A DNA stretch of 64,000 bases. Origin: an uncultured Gammaproteobacteria bacterium. Lineage in GTDB: Bacteria > Patescibacteriota > Microgenomatia > Woykebacterales > RBG-16-39-9b. Shown here in pieces: positions 23,894-33,019 of the stretch. The notes below the pieces were generated by a model. That model was given only the letters and a program-made list of their open reading frames with translations. It was not told the origin of the DNA and ran no database searches. The DNA lies in NCBI GenBank assembly GCA_964367355.1, contig CAYIWY010000004.1, positions 35,976-99,975 of the forward strand, given 5' to 3'. Made by a program: the position numbers and the translations under genes. Numbering within the stretch: the first letter of the stretch is position 1; every line of letters begins with the position of its first letter.

Positions 23894-24112
23894 TCACATA
23901 TCACCGATCCTAAAGGCTCTGGCAAGCAGGTAAGTTGCAATGCTAAAGAACCCTAATCCGGCTGGAATAAACCCTCCGGCGTACTCTGGTCTGGTCACAG
24001 CCGAAAAAACAAACACGGCAGCTACAACAAAAAACCCGATGGACGGAAAGACTAAAGCTAGCCAACGTTTGTTGACGTTGGTCTCAATTGGAGTCTGTCG
24101 ACATGACCTCAT
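23894..24112 (-). CDS. Small 2-TM membrane protein
   Basis: GCC-GAAA-GGC hairpin plus GGAGG SD; two hydrophobic stretches. Confidence 0.6.
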   Translation of the reverse strand: MRSCRQTPIETNVNKRWLALVFPSIGFFVVAAVFVFSAVTRPEYAGGFIPAGLGFFSIATYLLARAFRIGDM

Positions 24113-24135
24113 TTAATCTACCTCCGGCCTTTCGG

Positions 24136-24336
24136 CTACTTCTTCCGACTACTCGAAACAAGTTCGTACTTAACCCCCGACTTGTCGAGAGCTTCCAGGT
24201 GGGCATCTCCGATAAGGCATACGCCAGCATTGAACCACATTGGTGCTTCTGTGGCAAAGATGACCTCTTTTGCCCTCGAGTATTCCTCGGGTTCGAATCG
24301 AACTCTGGGGCATTCGACCCCTTCTACTCTTGGCAC
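24136..24336 (-). CDS. Small hypothetical protein (66 aa)
   Basis: GGAGGAGG SD before GTG. Confidence 0.55.
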   Translation of the reverse strand: MPRVEGVECPRVRFEPEEYSRAKEVIFATEAPMWFNAGVCLIGDAHLEALDKSGVKYELVSSSRKK

Positions 24337-24628
24337 TATTTCCTCCTCCAGCCTTTTGGCTACCTTTTTCGCCTTACTTCAATCTTCTTCATCTGGTTCC
24401 AAACAAATTGGATTGTACAAAGTGCAAGAAAGGTGAAAACTCCTCCTAGCACTGGCGTGCCGACATACAAATACCACTGTTCCCAGACTGGCATTAAACC
24501 TCCAACTACCTTCCATCCAATTATTGATGATTACCTTGCATTGTACTTTCAAAAAACCAATTTTGCAATTTGTTTGCCCATGCAGCGTATAATAGCTGTA
24601 ACTGAGAGGTTTAGAGATGGAGGTAGAA

Positions 24629-24820
24629 ATGGCAGAGGAGTCCATTGCAGAGCAAAAGTATCAGGCCGCTCGGCGAATCCGATCTATTCTTGGGGTAGTA
24701 GATGACTTCTTCGTTGAACCGACTAAGGATCGCGAAGAGTTAGCACTTCAGCAGCTCGAACAGCTCCCCGAGCGTCTGCGTTCGTACGGTGAGCTGTGCA
24801 GAAAGAGTGAGAAGAGTTAA
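24629..24820 (+). CDS. Small hypothetical protein (63 aa)
   Basis: CAGCGTATAAT promoter; GGAGGT SD. Confidence 0.55.
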   Translation: MAEESIAEQKYQAARRIRSILGVVDDFFVEPTKDREELALQQLEQLPERLRSYGELCRKSEKS

Positions 24821-24849
24821 GCAGTTGACGAAAACCAAGGAGGGTGTTT

Positions 24850-24960
24850 ATGCTATTACTGAGTTCTGGAGATTTGGGTGCCACCTTAGTTGGTATTGTC
24901 TGCGTAGGATTGCTGCTATTCGGTACTCTTGCTCTTGTTATACTGACTAAACACGGATAA
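24850..24960 (+). CDS. 36-aa single-TM peptide (not in the ORF track)
   Basis: AAGGAGGG SD; MLLLSSGDLGATLVGIVCVGLLLFGTLALVILTKHG. Confidence 0.55.
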   Translation: MLLLSSGDLGATLVGIVCVGLLLFGTLALVILTKHG

Positions 24961-25204
24961 ACCAAGGAAACATCCCACAAAGGGAAAGAATGCACTCTTA
25001 CCCTACATACCAACGGCTTTCTTCTTCGAGAGAGCCGTTTTCCTTTTTAGTCAACTCTCTGCCAAATAAGCAAGTCAATAGGGTTTAAAGAGATTTATCG
25101 GTTCTAACGATCCAAAAGTAAAATTTTTCTGTGTTAAATGCTTGGAAGTTGACAATACTTGTTGAATTGGTTAAAATACGTCAAGAATCACTACGGAAAG
25201 CGCC

Positions 25205-25741
25205 TCATAAGGTTTTGTCCTTACGAGGTTCTTTCTTTTTATACTCCACTTTATTTTTTAAATCTGAGGCAAATCCCAAGTATTCTGAAGGAAATCCTTT
25301 AAGAAGTGCAGAATATTTTCTCTGGTTTGGTATAAGAATTTTCTCTAGTTTTTTCCGTTTAACGAGATAGTCTACAAGGCAGTAGAAATCACCGTCCCCA
25401 GTGATAATAACCGCCTTATCATAATTACCAAAATCGATCATCGCTTGCAGTACCAATTCTGCGTCACAATTGCCCTTGGTTTTTCCATCTTTATATCTCA
25501 GAACTGGTTTAAAAATAAGAATGTAGCCTTTTTCCTGAAGCGATTTGTATAAATCGGCATTTTCTTCTATGTACCCTAGAAATAAATACGCTTTATCGAC
25601 AAGATACTTATCTGCCAGGTATTTACGAAACCGTAGATAATCAAGTTTCCAACCCAACTCTCTTACCGAAAGGTTTAGGTTTTGACTGTCTATGAAAGCG
25701 AAATTTTTAGACTTTTGTTTCGGGTTTCTGGTTTTTAGCAT
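25205..25741 (-). CDS. NYN domain (LabA/DUF88-like) protein
   Basis: AFIDSQNL, KGNCD, ITGDGDF. Confidence 0.9.
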   Translation of the reverse strand: MLKTRNPKQKSKNFAFIDSQNLNLSVRELGWKLDYLRFRKYLADKYLVDKAYLFLGYIEENADLYKSLQEKGYILIFKPVLRYKDGKTKGNCDAELVLQAMIDFGNYDKAVIITGDGDFYCLVDYLVKRKKLEKILIPNQRKYSALLKGFPSEYLGFASDLKNKVEYKKKEPRKDKTL

Positions 25742-25891
25742 TGTTTAGTAATTTTAGCACAAGAGAAAGACCAAGATTTATAGGGAATAACTAAGTAACT
25801 TTGAGAAACCTGTAATTTATTTGCTATTGCAGCGTATAATGGTTGCAACAAGAAGAGATGGAAGTTGGCTTAAAGCCAAGGAGGGTGTCAG

Positions 25892-26104
25892 ATGTTACTG
25901 GCAAGTGGAATCCTATTGATTGCAGTGTGGATGGTGTTTGAGTGGCACTATGGATGGGGCCGAGGACGGGTAGCTCCGCGTGCGTTTGATCTTCGCCAAA
26001 AGTATGGTGATAGGGCCTTGCTATTCCTAATCCCACTGCGATTAGCGATGACAGCAACAGCGGTTGTAGGATTGATCCTCGTTGTCAAATATTTCGGCAA
26101 GTAG
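25892..26104 (+). CDS. Small membrane protein (70 aa)
   Basis: Repeated promoter, hairpin plus GGAGGG SD, two hydrophobic segments. Confidence 0.6.
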   Translation: MLLASGILLIAVWMVFEWHYGWGRGRVAPRAFDLRQKYGDRALLFLIPLRLAMTATAVVGLILVVKYFGK

Positions 26105-26209
26105 TAACTTCTGTCGGTGTCGAAAGACTTAACGTGCGTCCGTTAATCGCACCTTTTGCAGCTCATCGAAAACGAAGGACTGTAGCTGGCGAAAGCCAAG
26201 GGGGAGAGG

Positions 26210-26635
26210 ATGGTCGATCAAGATTCTGTAATCCAATCGATTCGTGATTGGGTGGGACAGCATCGAGCGGTTGCGGAAACTGAAGCGGATTCAATTCTCA
26301 AATCTCTGCAGGAGTTTTGCGAGCAGGTTCTGCAAACTGAGCAAGAAGCTGAGATTTCATTCTCGGCAATTGAGGAAGGTAGGATCCACATACGTGTGAT
26401 GCTTACCTGGCCAGGGATGGACATGTTCGATGCCGATCATTCAACGAGAATGAGGTGGGTCGGGCAATCGTTCAGCATAGTCGAACAAGATAGAGATATC
26501 CACCCTTATCTTGGTTACGTACAAAATGAGTGGAGAGTTGGGTCAACCTTCGCAGACTACACCAAGAGTCACCTTGATTTCCTGGATGCCGAAGAAAATA
26601 AAATTGGGGAGTATGAGTTTATTGGGGTTTGGTAA
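26210..26635 (+). CDS. Hypothetical protein
   Basis: TGGC-GAAA-GCCA hairpin plus purine-rich SD; terminator at about 26681-26720. Confidence 0.65.
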   Translation: MVDQDSVIQSIRDWVGQHRAVAETEADSILKSLQEFCEQVLQTEQEAEISFSAIEEGRIHIRVMLTWPGMDMFDADHSTRMRWVGQSFSIVEQDRDIHPYLGYVQNEWRVGSTFADYTKSHLDFLDAEENKIGEYEFIGVW

Positions 26636-26818
26636 AATGCTAAGCTCCATAACCTAGTGCAATTAGGTAAACAGACAACAAAGGGAAAGAATGAACTCTT
26701 TCCCTTTCTTCTTTTCTTTTTGTAAACCGTTGCAAATCGCCTACTAATCGACTATAATACGGCTAGTATTACATCGTCTTGTATCGCAAGCGATATAATT
26801 CGACTATACATATATACC

Positions 26819-27859
26819 ATGTTTAAACCTCGCTATACTATTACTGATCGGCTGCTGGCTAATATTAAAAGGATCAATTCTTTGGTAAGCGAACTCAATA
26901 ATAAGCGCTTTCCCTCTGTAGTTTTACTTGAGTTAGAGAGAACTGCTAGAGAAGTTTCTTCCTATGCTTCAACCAGCATTGAAGGTAACCCGCTTCCGTT
27001 AACTGAAGTCAAAAAGATCCTTAAGTCAAAACCTATTTCATTGCGCGATAGTGAAAAAGAAGTCCTCAACTATAACCAAGCTCTTAGGGAATTAAACAGT
27101 GAACTCGATAAGGGAGAAATTCGGCTTTCTTTGAGTCTTGTTTTAGATATTCAAAAACAAGTAACTGAAGGTTTACTGCCTTCTTTTGAATCAGGGCAGC
27201 TGCGCGAAAAGGCGGTAGTTGTCAATGATCCAAGAACTGGTCAGGTTGTTTATTTGCCTCCTGATGCAGCTGAGGTAAAACCGTTAATGGAAGAACTAGT
27301 CGAATTCATTAGTAACAGGACTCAAATCGATCCACTTATTCTGGCTGGTATATTTCACAAACAAATGGTAATTATCCACCCGTTCATGGATGGCAATGGC
27401 AGAACAACACGCCTAGTTACCAAAGTACTGCTGGCAGCCATGGGTTTGAATACCTTTAACCTCTTTAGTTTTGAAAACTACTATAACCAAAATGTCACCA
27501 AATACTTCCAAACAGTGGGGGAGTCTGGAAATTATTATGAACTAGTTGAAAAAATAGATTTTACTCATTGGTTGGAATATTTCACCGAAGGAATTATTGA
27601 TGAACTTCTTCGGGTCGAAAAACTGTTACCTAAGACCGCTATAAGTCCGGAAACTCAGTTAAAACCACATCACTTGAAACTCATCGGGTCTATCCAAGAA
27701 AAGGGATTTATCTCCGACCGAGACTATGCAGAGCTGGTCAAGCGTGCTAAGGCAACGAGAACCCAGGATTTTAAGAAGCTCCAAGAACTAGGCTTAATTG
27801 AGCGCAAAGGCAAGGGCAAGGCAACTTATTATATCTTGAAGGGAGAAAGTAAAATTTGA
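26819..27859 (+). CDS. Fic family protein with C-terminal wHTH
   Basis: HPFMDGNGRTTR catalytic motif; STSIEGN inhibitory helix. Confidence 0.93.
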   Translation: MFKPRYTITDRLLANIKRINSLVSELNNKRFPSVVLLELERTAREVSSYASTSIEGNPLPLTEVKKILKSKPISLRDSEKEVLNYNQALRELNSELDKGEIRLSLSLVLDIQKQVTEGLLPSFESGQLREKAVVVNDPRTGQVVYLPPDAAEVKPLMEELVEFISNRTQIDPLILAGIFHKQMVIIHPFMDGNGRTTRLVTKVLLAAMGLNTFNLFSFENYYNQNVTKYFQTVGESGNYYELVEKIDFTHWLEYFTEGIIDELLRVEKLLPKTAISPETQLKPHHLKLIGSIQEKGFISDRDYAELVKRAKATRTQDFKKLQELGLIERKGKGKATYYILKGESKI

Positions 27860-28061
27860 GGATTTATACCTAAAAGGATGAGATGCCTTATAAGCTTGTT
27901 TTGTCCTAGCTTAGCCAAACAGATGAATGGGAACACTAGAAACAACCTATAACGGACTTATCACTCATCAAATATAGATATTAACAATTTTGTCACATAT
28001 AAGCAACCTTCAAGCGTGTTTAAACGAGAAAAAGGAAAATAACTTTTGATATAATCCAGTT

Positions 28062-28352
28062 ATGATGAACGAGCCTTCTAAAAGAATGGGGATAATTTTT
28101 GGGTTTTTGGCTCTAGGAATAGCTATCTTATCCTTAGCCTTTATTATTCCAAATACACTTTATTTATTGAAAGTGGGATTTACCATTCAAAACATTTTAA
28201 CTGGAAAACTACCAGAGAATTACGTTACTGGAGATGGATCAACTTTTAATGCTGTTGAGACAGTAATGTGGGTCGGGGGAGTTTTAACCATTCTTTTTTG
28301 TCTAATTTCTACTATTTTATTATTTAAATCCCAAAAGGTTGTAAGGAACTAG
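28062..28352 (+). CDS. Small 2-TM membrane protein
   Basis: Two hydrophobic helices; TATAAT just upstream. Confidence 0.65.
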   Translation: MMNEPSKRMGIIFGFLALGIAILSLAFIIPNTLYLLKVGFTIQNILTGKLPENYVTGDGSTFNAVETVMWVGGVLTILFCLISTILLFKSQKVVRN

Positions 28353-28400
28353 TTACAAAGCTAGCTTTTTGTTGGACAATAGTACTTTATAGAAAGAGCG

Positions 28401-28443
28401 AAGCACGGCCAAGTTGGTCGTGCTTTGTTGATCTCACTCGCTA
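28401..28443 (-). terminator. Repeated terminator family, copy 3
   Basis: AAGCACGGCCAA-G-TTGGTCGTGCTT. Confidence 0.75.
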
Positions 28444-28655
28444 TCGGTTGTTGTTTATCACTGGCTTGGTCTTCGCCTGATCGGTGTCCTTGTCTGAGTT
28501 GCCGCCTTGGGTCAGATATGCTGGTGTTAGAACTTCTCTAAGCTGTCCGATTGGAAGACTATCGATACAGCTGGACCACAGCCTTGGATGGAGATCGCGA
28601 TTCATCCAAAGGTACAACCGCTCAGTTGCGTTACTCTTCATTATTTCCTCTCCTC

Positions 28656-28841
28656 TTACTCCAGTAAAGTTGCTCTCATACCCCATGCAATTAAAGGGGC
28701 GCCGACAACCATAGCAACTACAGCGAACATCAATCCCACTTCACGTCTTTTTTCGAATCTGACGGTTGCAACCGCAGCCAGACAGATAAAAATTCCCACG
28801 ACCAACGCCAAAGATCCAAGTAGTTTAAGTAGAAGCTCCAA
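28656..28841 (-). CDS. Small 2-TM membrane protein (61 aa)
   Basis: GCC-GAAA-GGC plus GAGGAGGA SD before TTG. Confidence 0.6.
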   Translation of the reverse strand: MELLLKLLGSLALVVGIFICLAAVATVRFEKRREVGLMFAVVAMVVGAPLIAWGMRATLLE

Positions 28842-28948
28842 TTGATCCTCCTCGCCTTTCGGCTACTTCCGTCCCGTTTGATTATCAATATTATACAACA
28901 TTCTTGCTGCTGAGAGGTATAATTATTAAAACAAGAAAAACCGGAGCA

Positions 28949-29281
28949 ATGAAACTTCCAAATTCGGAACAGGCCATCGTTCCTGAAAAGAAATTAACAG
29001 AATATTTACTATCTGAGACTCATGCGGTGGGAAAATTTAAAGCCAGGTTTTTCCGCCGGTTGGGTTTTGACTTGACAAATGCTAGTCTTTTGCAGAAAGA
29101 AATTATGAACCTGGTTCAAGTACAAGACGTAGAGAATATTATACCATCAAATTATGGTACCAAATATATCGTGAAAGGTGCTATCAAGACACCTATTGGT
29201 GAAAGTGTTAGAATAAAAACGGTCTGGATCATTGAGAAAAACCAGACACAACCAATTTTTATTACGGCTTATCCTGTCTAG
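28949..29281 (+). CDS. DUF6883-like protein (putative toxin)
   Basis: KLTEYLLSETHAVGKFKARFF...YGTKY...ITAYP pattern. Confidence 0.7.
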   Translation: MKLPNSEQAIVPEKKLTEYLLSETHAVGKFKARFFRRLGFDLTNASLLQKEIMNLVQVQDVENIIPSNYGTKYIVKGAIKTPIGESVRIKTVWIIEKNQTQPIFITAYPV

Positions 29282-29295
29282 GCGAAAAGGAGTAT

Positions 29296-29529
29296 ATGTT
29301 TAAAGAATTAGATACTGTGGTTTTCACTCATAATATTGATAATTACGGCCTTGAGAAAGGCGATATTGGTACAATTGTTCATACTTATGGTGCTGAAAGA
29401 GCTGTGGAAGTTGAGGTGGTGAGAGCTGACGGTAGGACTGTTGCGGTACTTACATTGGAGCCTAATGACATACGTAATATAACAAGGGACGAAATTCTTA
29501 AGGTGAGAGAATTTGCTACCAGTAATTAA
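29296..29529 (+). CDS. DUF4926-like protein (putative antitoxin/immunity partner)
   Basis: ELDTVV...GLEKGDIGTIVH...VEVE. Confidence 0.75.
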   Translation: MFKELDTVVFTHNIDNYGLEKGDIGTIVHTYGAERAVEVEVVRADGRTVAVLTLEPNDIRNITRDEILKVREFATSN

Positions 29530-29654
29530 TTTCCTAATAATGATACCTCTAATCATTTATCAAGGTTCCACTAGCCTTTAACTACTTTGGTTATTAACTG
29601 AATTTTTAATTTTAAGAAAATAATTTAGTAACTAAAGAAATTTAAAAAAAAGGA

Positions 29655-29697
29655 AAAGCACAACCAGATTGGCCATGCTTTGTGTTGATCTCGCTCA
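29655..29697 (-). terminator. Repeated terminator family, copy 4
   Basis: AAAGCACAACCAGATTGGCCATGCTTT. Confidence 0.75.
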
Positions 29698-29738
29698 CGA
29701 TTCAGCTGTGAAAGGTTTTTGTTGACCTTTTCGACTAA

Positions 29739-29879
29739 TCATTTGATCTTCGCTTCTCTCACCGAACGTGGTATTCGTCTTTGCGCCTTAACTTTCTTGA
29801 GAAAGGGCTTAACTACTTCCTCAACCCCTTTCTGCACCGAACGTCGAATTTCATCTGGACTAGGTGGCGGATTCGACAT
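29739..29879 (-). CDS. 46-aa basic peptide (not in the ORF track)
   Basis: AGGAGGT SD; MSNPPPSPDEIRRSVQKGVEEVVKPFLKK...; sits between a family promoter and a family terminator. Confidence 0.5.
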   Translation of the reverse strand: MSNPPPSPDEIRRSVQKGVEEVVKPFLKKVKAQRRIPRSVREAKIK

Positions 29880-30072
29880 TACCCTTAACCTCCTAAACCT
29901 TTCGACTACTTCCTTTATCGTTATTGCCTACATTTTACTTTTTGAGTAACCAAAATGCAAACAGCTACTTTTCTAAAAATAATTAAGCGACTCTAAGGAA
30001 CTTGCAGTTTATTTGCTGCCACAGCGTATAATTCAAATAATCAGAGATCAAAAGACGAGAGGAGGTCGAAGC

Positions 30073-30378
30073 GTGGAGGTTTATTTCCCAGTTATTATCG
30101 AGACTCTGGAAGCTAATGATGGTTTGGTACTTGTAACTTCCTTTGTTGCAGGAAAACCATGGACATTCTGGACCAAAGCAGAAAGTGTGGTTCTGGACTG
30201 TCAGCCACTGGTAAAAGACGTGTTAACAAGAGGTTACAGCGGTTGGGTTAAAGGAACGATCCATTCCCAGAAACTAGGCTTTACTTTTGTTGAAGTAGGG
30301 GATTTTCTAATCCCTGTGTTGCAAGACCTATTGAGAGAGAACCTCGACTTCAAAGTAAACAAGAGGACCGAAGGTTAG
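30073..30378 (+). CDS. Hypothetical protein
   Basis: CAGCGTATAAT promoter, GGAGGT SD, terminator at about 30397-30428. Confidence 0.6.
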   Translation: MEVYFPVIIETLEANDGLVLVTSFVAGKPWTFWTKAESVVLDCQPLVKDVLTRGYSGWVKGTIHSQKLGFTFVEVGDFLIPVLQDLLRENLDFKVNKRTEG

Positions 30379-30500
30379 AAAGAACAAGGCATTAACAAGG
30401 GCGACCAATAGGCCGTCCTTTTCTTTTTTAAAACTATTGCAAATTTGGAAAAATCATTTTATAGTATTGCTGTCAGTTTTAGTTACAGACTAATACACAC

Positions 30501-32582
30501 ATGTCTCCAAGATTCAAATCAAAACGTGAAACATTCAAGATTTCAGAAAACAGTAAAGATTTGCAATTAGATTTTCAAAAAAATTATTCCAAGACTAATT
30601 TTTTGGTTGAGTTGATGCATAAATTAAACGCCGCCAAGAGTGAGGATCATTTACTTAAGTTGACTGCTGAGGCTTGTTTTAAAATTTTTGATATTGACGG
30701 TATTGCTGTCTTTTTCCCAGATAAGGAAAAAAAATTTCTTGTGGCGAAAATCATTCAAGGAATAGAAAAAAATCGGTTAATTAAAGCACAGAGGCTAGTA
30801 CTCTTCAAAAAAATGCCGCTTGAAGCTAACTATTCAGTTGCAAAGGCCTATATTAGTAAGAAGATTGCTATAGTCCAAAGTACCTTAACGCCCTCTTTAA
30901 AGAAGGTTGGCATAAAAACCGTAATTGCACTACCAATGGTGGTGAACAATGAATCGCTAGGTGTATTAGCCTTGGGTTTTGGGAGAAAAGCTGCTCCTAA
31001 TGAAAGCGACCAGCGAACCGGAGAGATGTTGGCAACCCACCTCGCAACTAGTATTTACAATTTAACATTAGTTTCCTCACTTAAAACTCAAAATGAATGG
31101 TTACAGATCGTCCAAGAGAATATCAGGGAAGGTTTTTCGTTGATTGGGCCGGATGATGTAATTTATTACACCAACAAAACTGTAGCTAAACTATTCGGGA
31201 CTAAGGGAAATATAGTGGGAATGAAACGTGACGAAATTGTTAAACATTGGAACAAATTACACCGCTTCCGAGTTGAGCGGTTTTTCGAAAGTAGTGATTT
31301 AAAAAAAGTGATTTTTGAAAAAAAAGAGCCTTTTCTTGGCGGCTTAATGAAAGTTTATTCAAACCCGCCAAGGTTTGTTGAAGCAAACTATTATCCTGTA
31401 ATGCAAAACAAAAAATTATTAGGTATGGCCGCTTCTTATCGTGACGTGACCAAGGAAAAAAAGCAAGAGGTAGTACTTGAGGAACAAATGCAAATCCTAG
31501 AGACTGAAAAGGAACGTTTTGAAGCGATTGTCAGTAATGTTGAAGAGGGTATTTGTCTAGTCGACAGCAGTTTGCGAATTTTGCATATGAATAGTGCTTG
31601 CGAAAATACATCTGGGTGGGGTTTAGAGGAAGCAAGGGGTGAGTATTACTATAAAGTTTTTCGTTGCCACACAAAATTAGGGCTTTACTATCCGGACTTT
31701 TCCCCGATTGAGAAGGTTTTGATTACCAAAGAGCCGACAGTTTACGAAGAGTATTTACAACACAACCGTGAGGGTGACGAGTTTTGGGTTGGAGTTAGTG
31801 CTTCTCCCATTTTGAATTCGCTTGGAGAAGTGAGCGAAATAGTTTTGGTAATTCGTGACATATCTTCTCTGAAAGAGGTTGAGAAAGCAAAAAGTGAATT
31901 TGTTTCAATTGCTTCTCACGAGCTACGGACCCCACTAACGGTTGTTAACGGCTACCTTTCCTTACTTCGAGATGGCGATCTTGGGGATTTTACTACACAA
32001 GAGTCCCGCACTCGTTTGGGTGAAATTTTGGAAAAAGTCTCCAATGAAACTACTCGATTGACTCATTTAGTGAGTGATCTACTGAATGTTTCCCGAATTG
32101 AGGAAAATCGAATTGTTCTTAATAGAAAAAGTCAGGAGTTAACAGGTGTAATTGAAAATGTTGTTGAAGAAATGAGAATAGGAGCTATGAGGAAAAAAAT
32201 AAAGCTTTATTACAAAAAAGCTCAAGGTGAGCAAATTTATGCAAACTTTGATTTTGATAAAATTTGTCAAGTGATTATAAATTTAATTGATAATTCAATG
32301 AAATTTACACCAGGAGGAGGAGAAATAATTATTAATTCATGGCAAGAAGACAGTCGTGTTTTTGTTGAAGTAGCGGACAACGGAAGCGGAATACCTCACA
32401 AACTTTTACCGGTTGTCTTTGAAAAGTTTCAACAAGTACCCGGTAGTTATCTGAAGGAAAATCGGGGAACAGGACTGGGGCTTTTTATCGTTAAGTCGCT
32501 TGTAGATCTTCATGGCGGTGACATTAATATTGAGTCAGAAGTCGGGAAAGGTACAAAAGTTACTTTTAGTGTTCCAACTTAA
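30501..32582 (+). CDS. GAF/PAS sensor histidine kinase
   Basis: SHELRTPL H-box, NLIDNSMKF, DNGSGI, GTGLGL. Confidence 0.93.
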   Translation: MSPRFKSKRETFKISENSKDLQLDFQKNYSKTNFLVELMHKLNAAKSEDHLLKLTAEACFKIFDIDGIAVFFPDKEKKFLVAKIIQGIEKNRLIKAQRLVLFKKMPLEANYSVAKAYISKKIAIVQSTLTPSLKKVGIKTVIALPMVVNNESLGVLALGFGRKAAPNESDQRTGEMLATHLATSIYNLTLVSSLKTQNEWLQIVQENIREGFSLIGPDDVIYYTNKTVAKLFGTKGNIVGMKRDEIVKHWNKLHRFRVERFFESSDLKKVIFEKKEPFLGGLMKVYSNPPRFVEANYYPVMQNKKLLGMAASYRDVTKEKKQEVVLEEQMQILETEKERFEAIVSNVEEGICLVDSSLRILHMNSACENTSGWGLEEARGEYYYKVFRCHTKLGLYYPDFSPIEKVLITKEPTVYEEYLQHNREGDEFWVGVSASPILNSLGEVSEIVLVIRDISSLKEVEKAKSEFVSIASHELRTPLTVVNGYLSLLRDGDLGDFTTQESRTRLGEILEKVSNETTRLTHLVSDLLNVSRIEENRIVLNRKSQELTGVIENVVEEMRIGAMRKKIKLYYKKAQGEQIYANFDFDKICQVIINLIDNSMKFTPGGGEIIINSWQEDSRVFVEVADNGSGIPHKLLPVVFEKFQQVPGSYLKENRGTGLGLFIVKSLVDLHGGDINIESEVGKGTKVTFSVPT

Positions 32583-32626
32583 GTTTGCAACAGGGACTTA
32601 TACTTGGTAAAATCTCTTAGCTACAT

Positions 32627-33007
32627 ATGAACGACACTCTTAAAGTTTTACTAATCGAAGATGAAAAAGAGGTGGCTGAACTCTACCGCTTGAAACTAAG
32701 TCTTGATGGCTACAACGTTTTTGTTGCAGCAGATGGGGAGAGTGGTTTGAAGAAAGCGATTGAGGAAAAACCAGACCTAGTTTTTTTGGATATCAAAATG
32801 CCTGGTATGGATGGTTTTGAGGTTTTGAAACATTTACGCAAAAACGATGTTACAAAAAAGATTCCAATTGTAATTCTTTCCAATTTTGACGAGCAAGAAA
32901 TGATCGAGAAGAGCTTAGCGTTGGGGGCTAATGAATATTTGATAAAATCACAGTTCAATCCTAGTGAACTATCCGCCAAAACCAAAAACTGGTTTAAAAA
33001 AGAGTAA
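32627..33007 (+). CDS. Single-domain response regulator
   Basis: LIEDE...FLDIKMPGMDG. Confidence 0.93.
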   Translation: MNDTLKVLLIEDEKEVAELYRLKLSLDGYNVFVAADGESGLKKAIEEKPDLVFLDIKMPGMDGFEVLKHLRKNDVTKKIPIVILSNFDEQEMIEKSLALGANEYLIKSQFNPSELSAKTKNWFKKE

Positions 33008-33019
33008 GTTATCAAAATA

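Noticed and set aside
23033-30430. Integron or CRISPR array
   Set aside because: No integrase, no attC-type RYYYAAC...GTTRRRY sites, no cas genes. The repeats are promoter/terminator-like with irregular gene-sized spacing.
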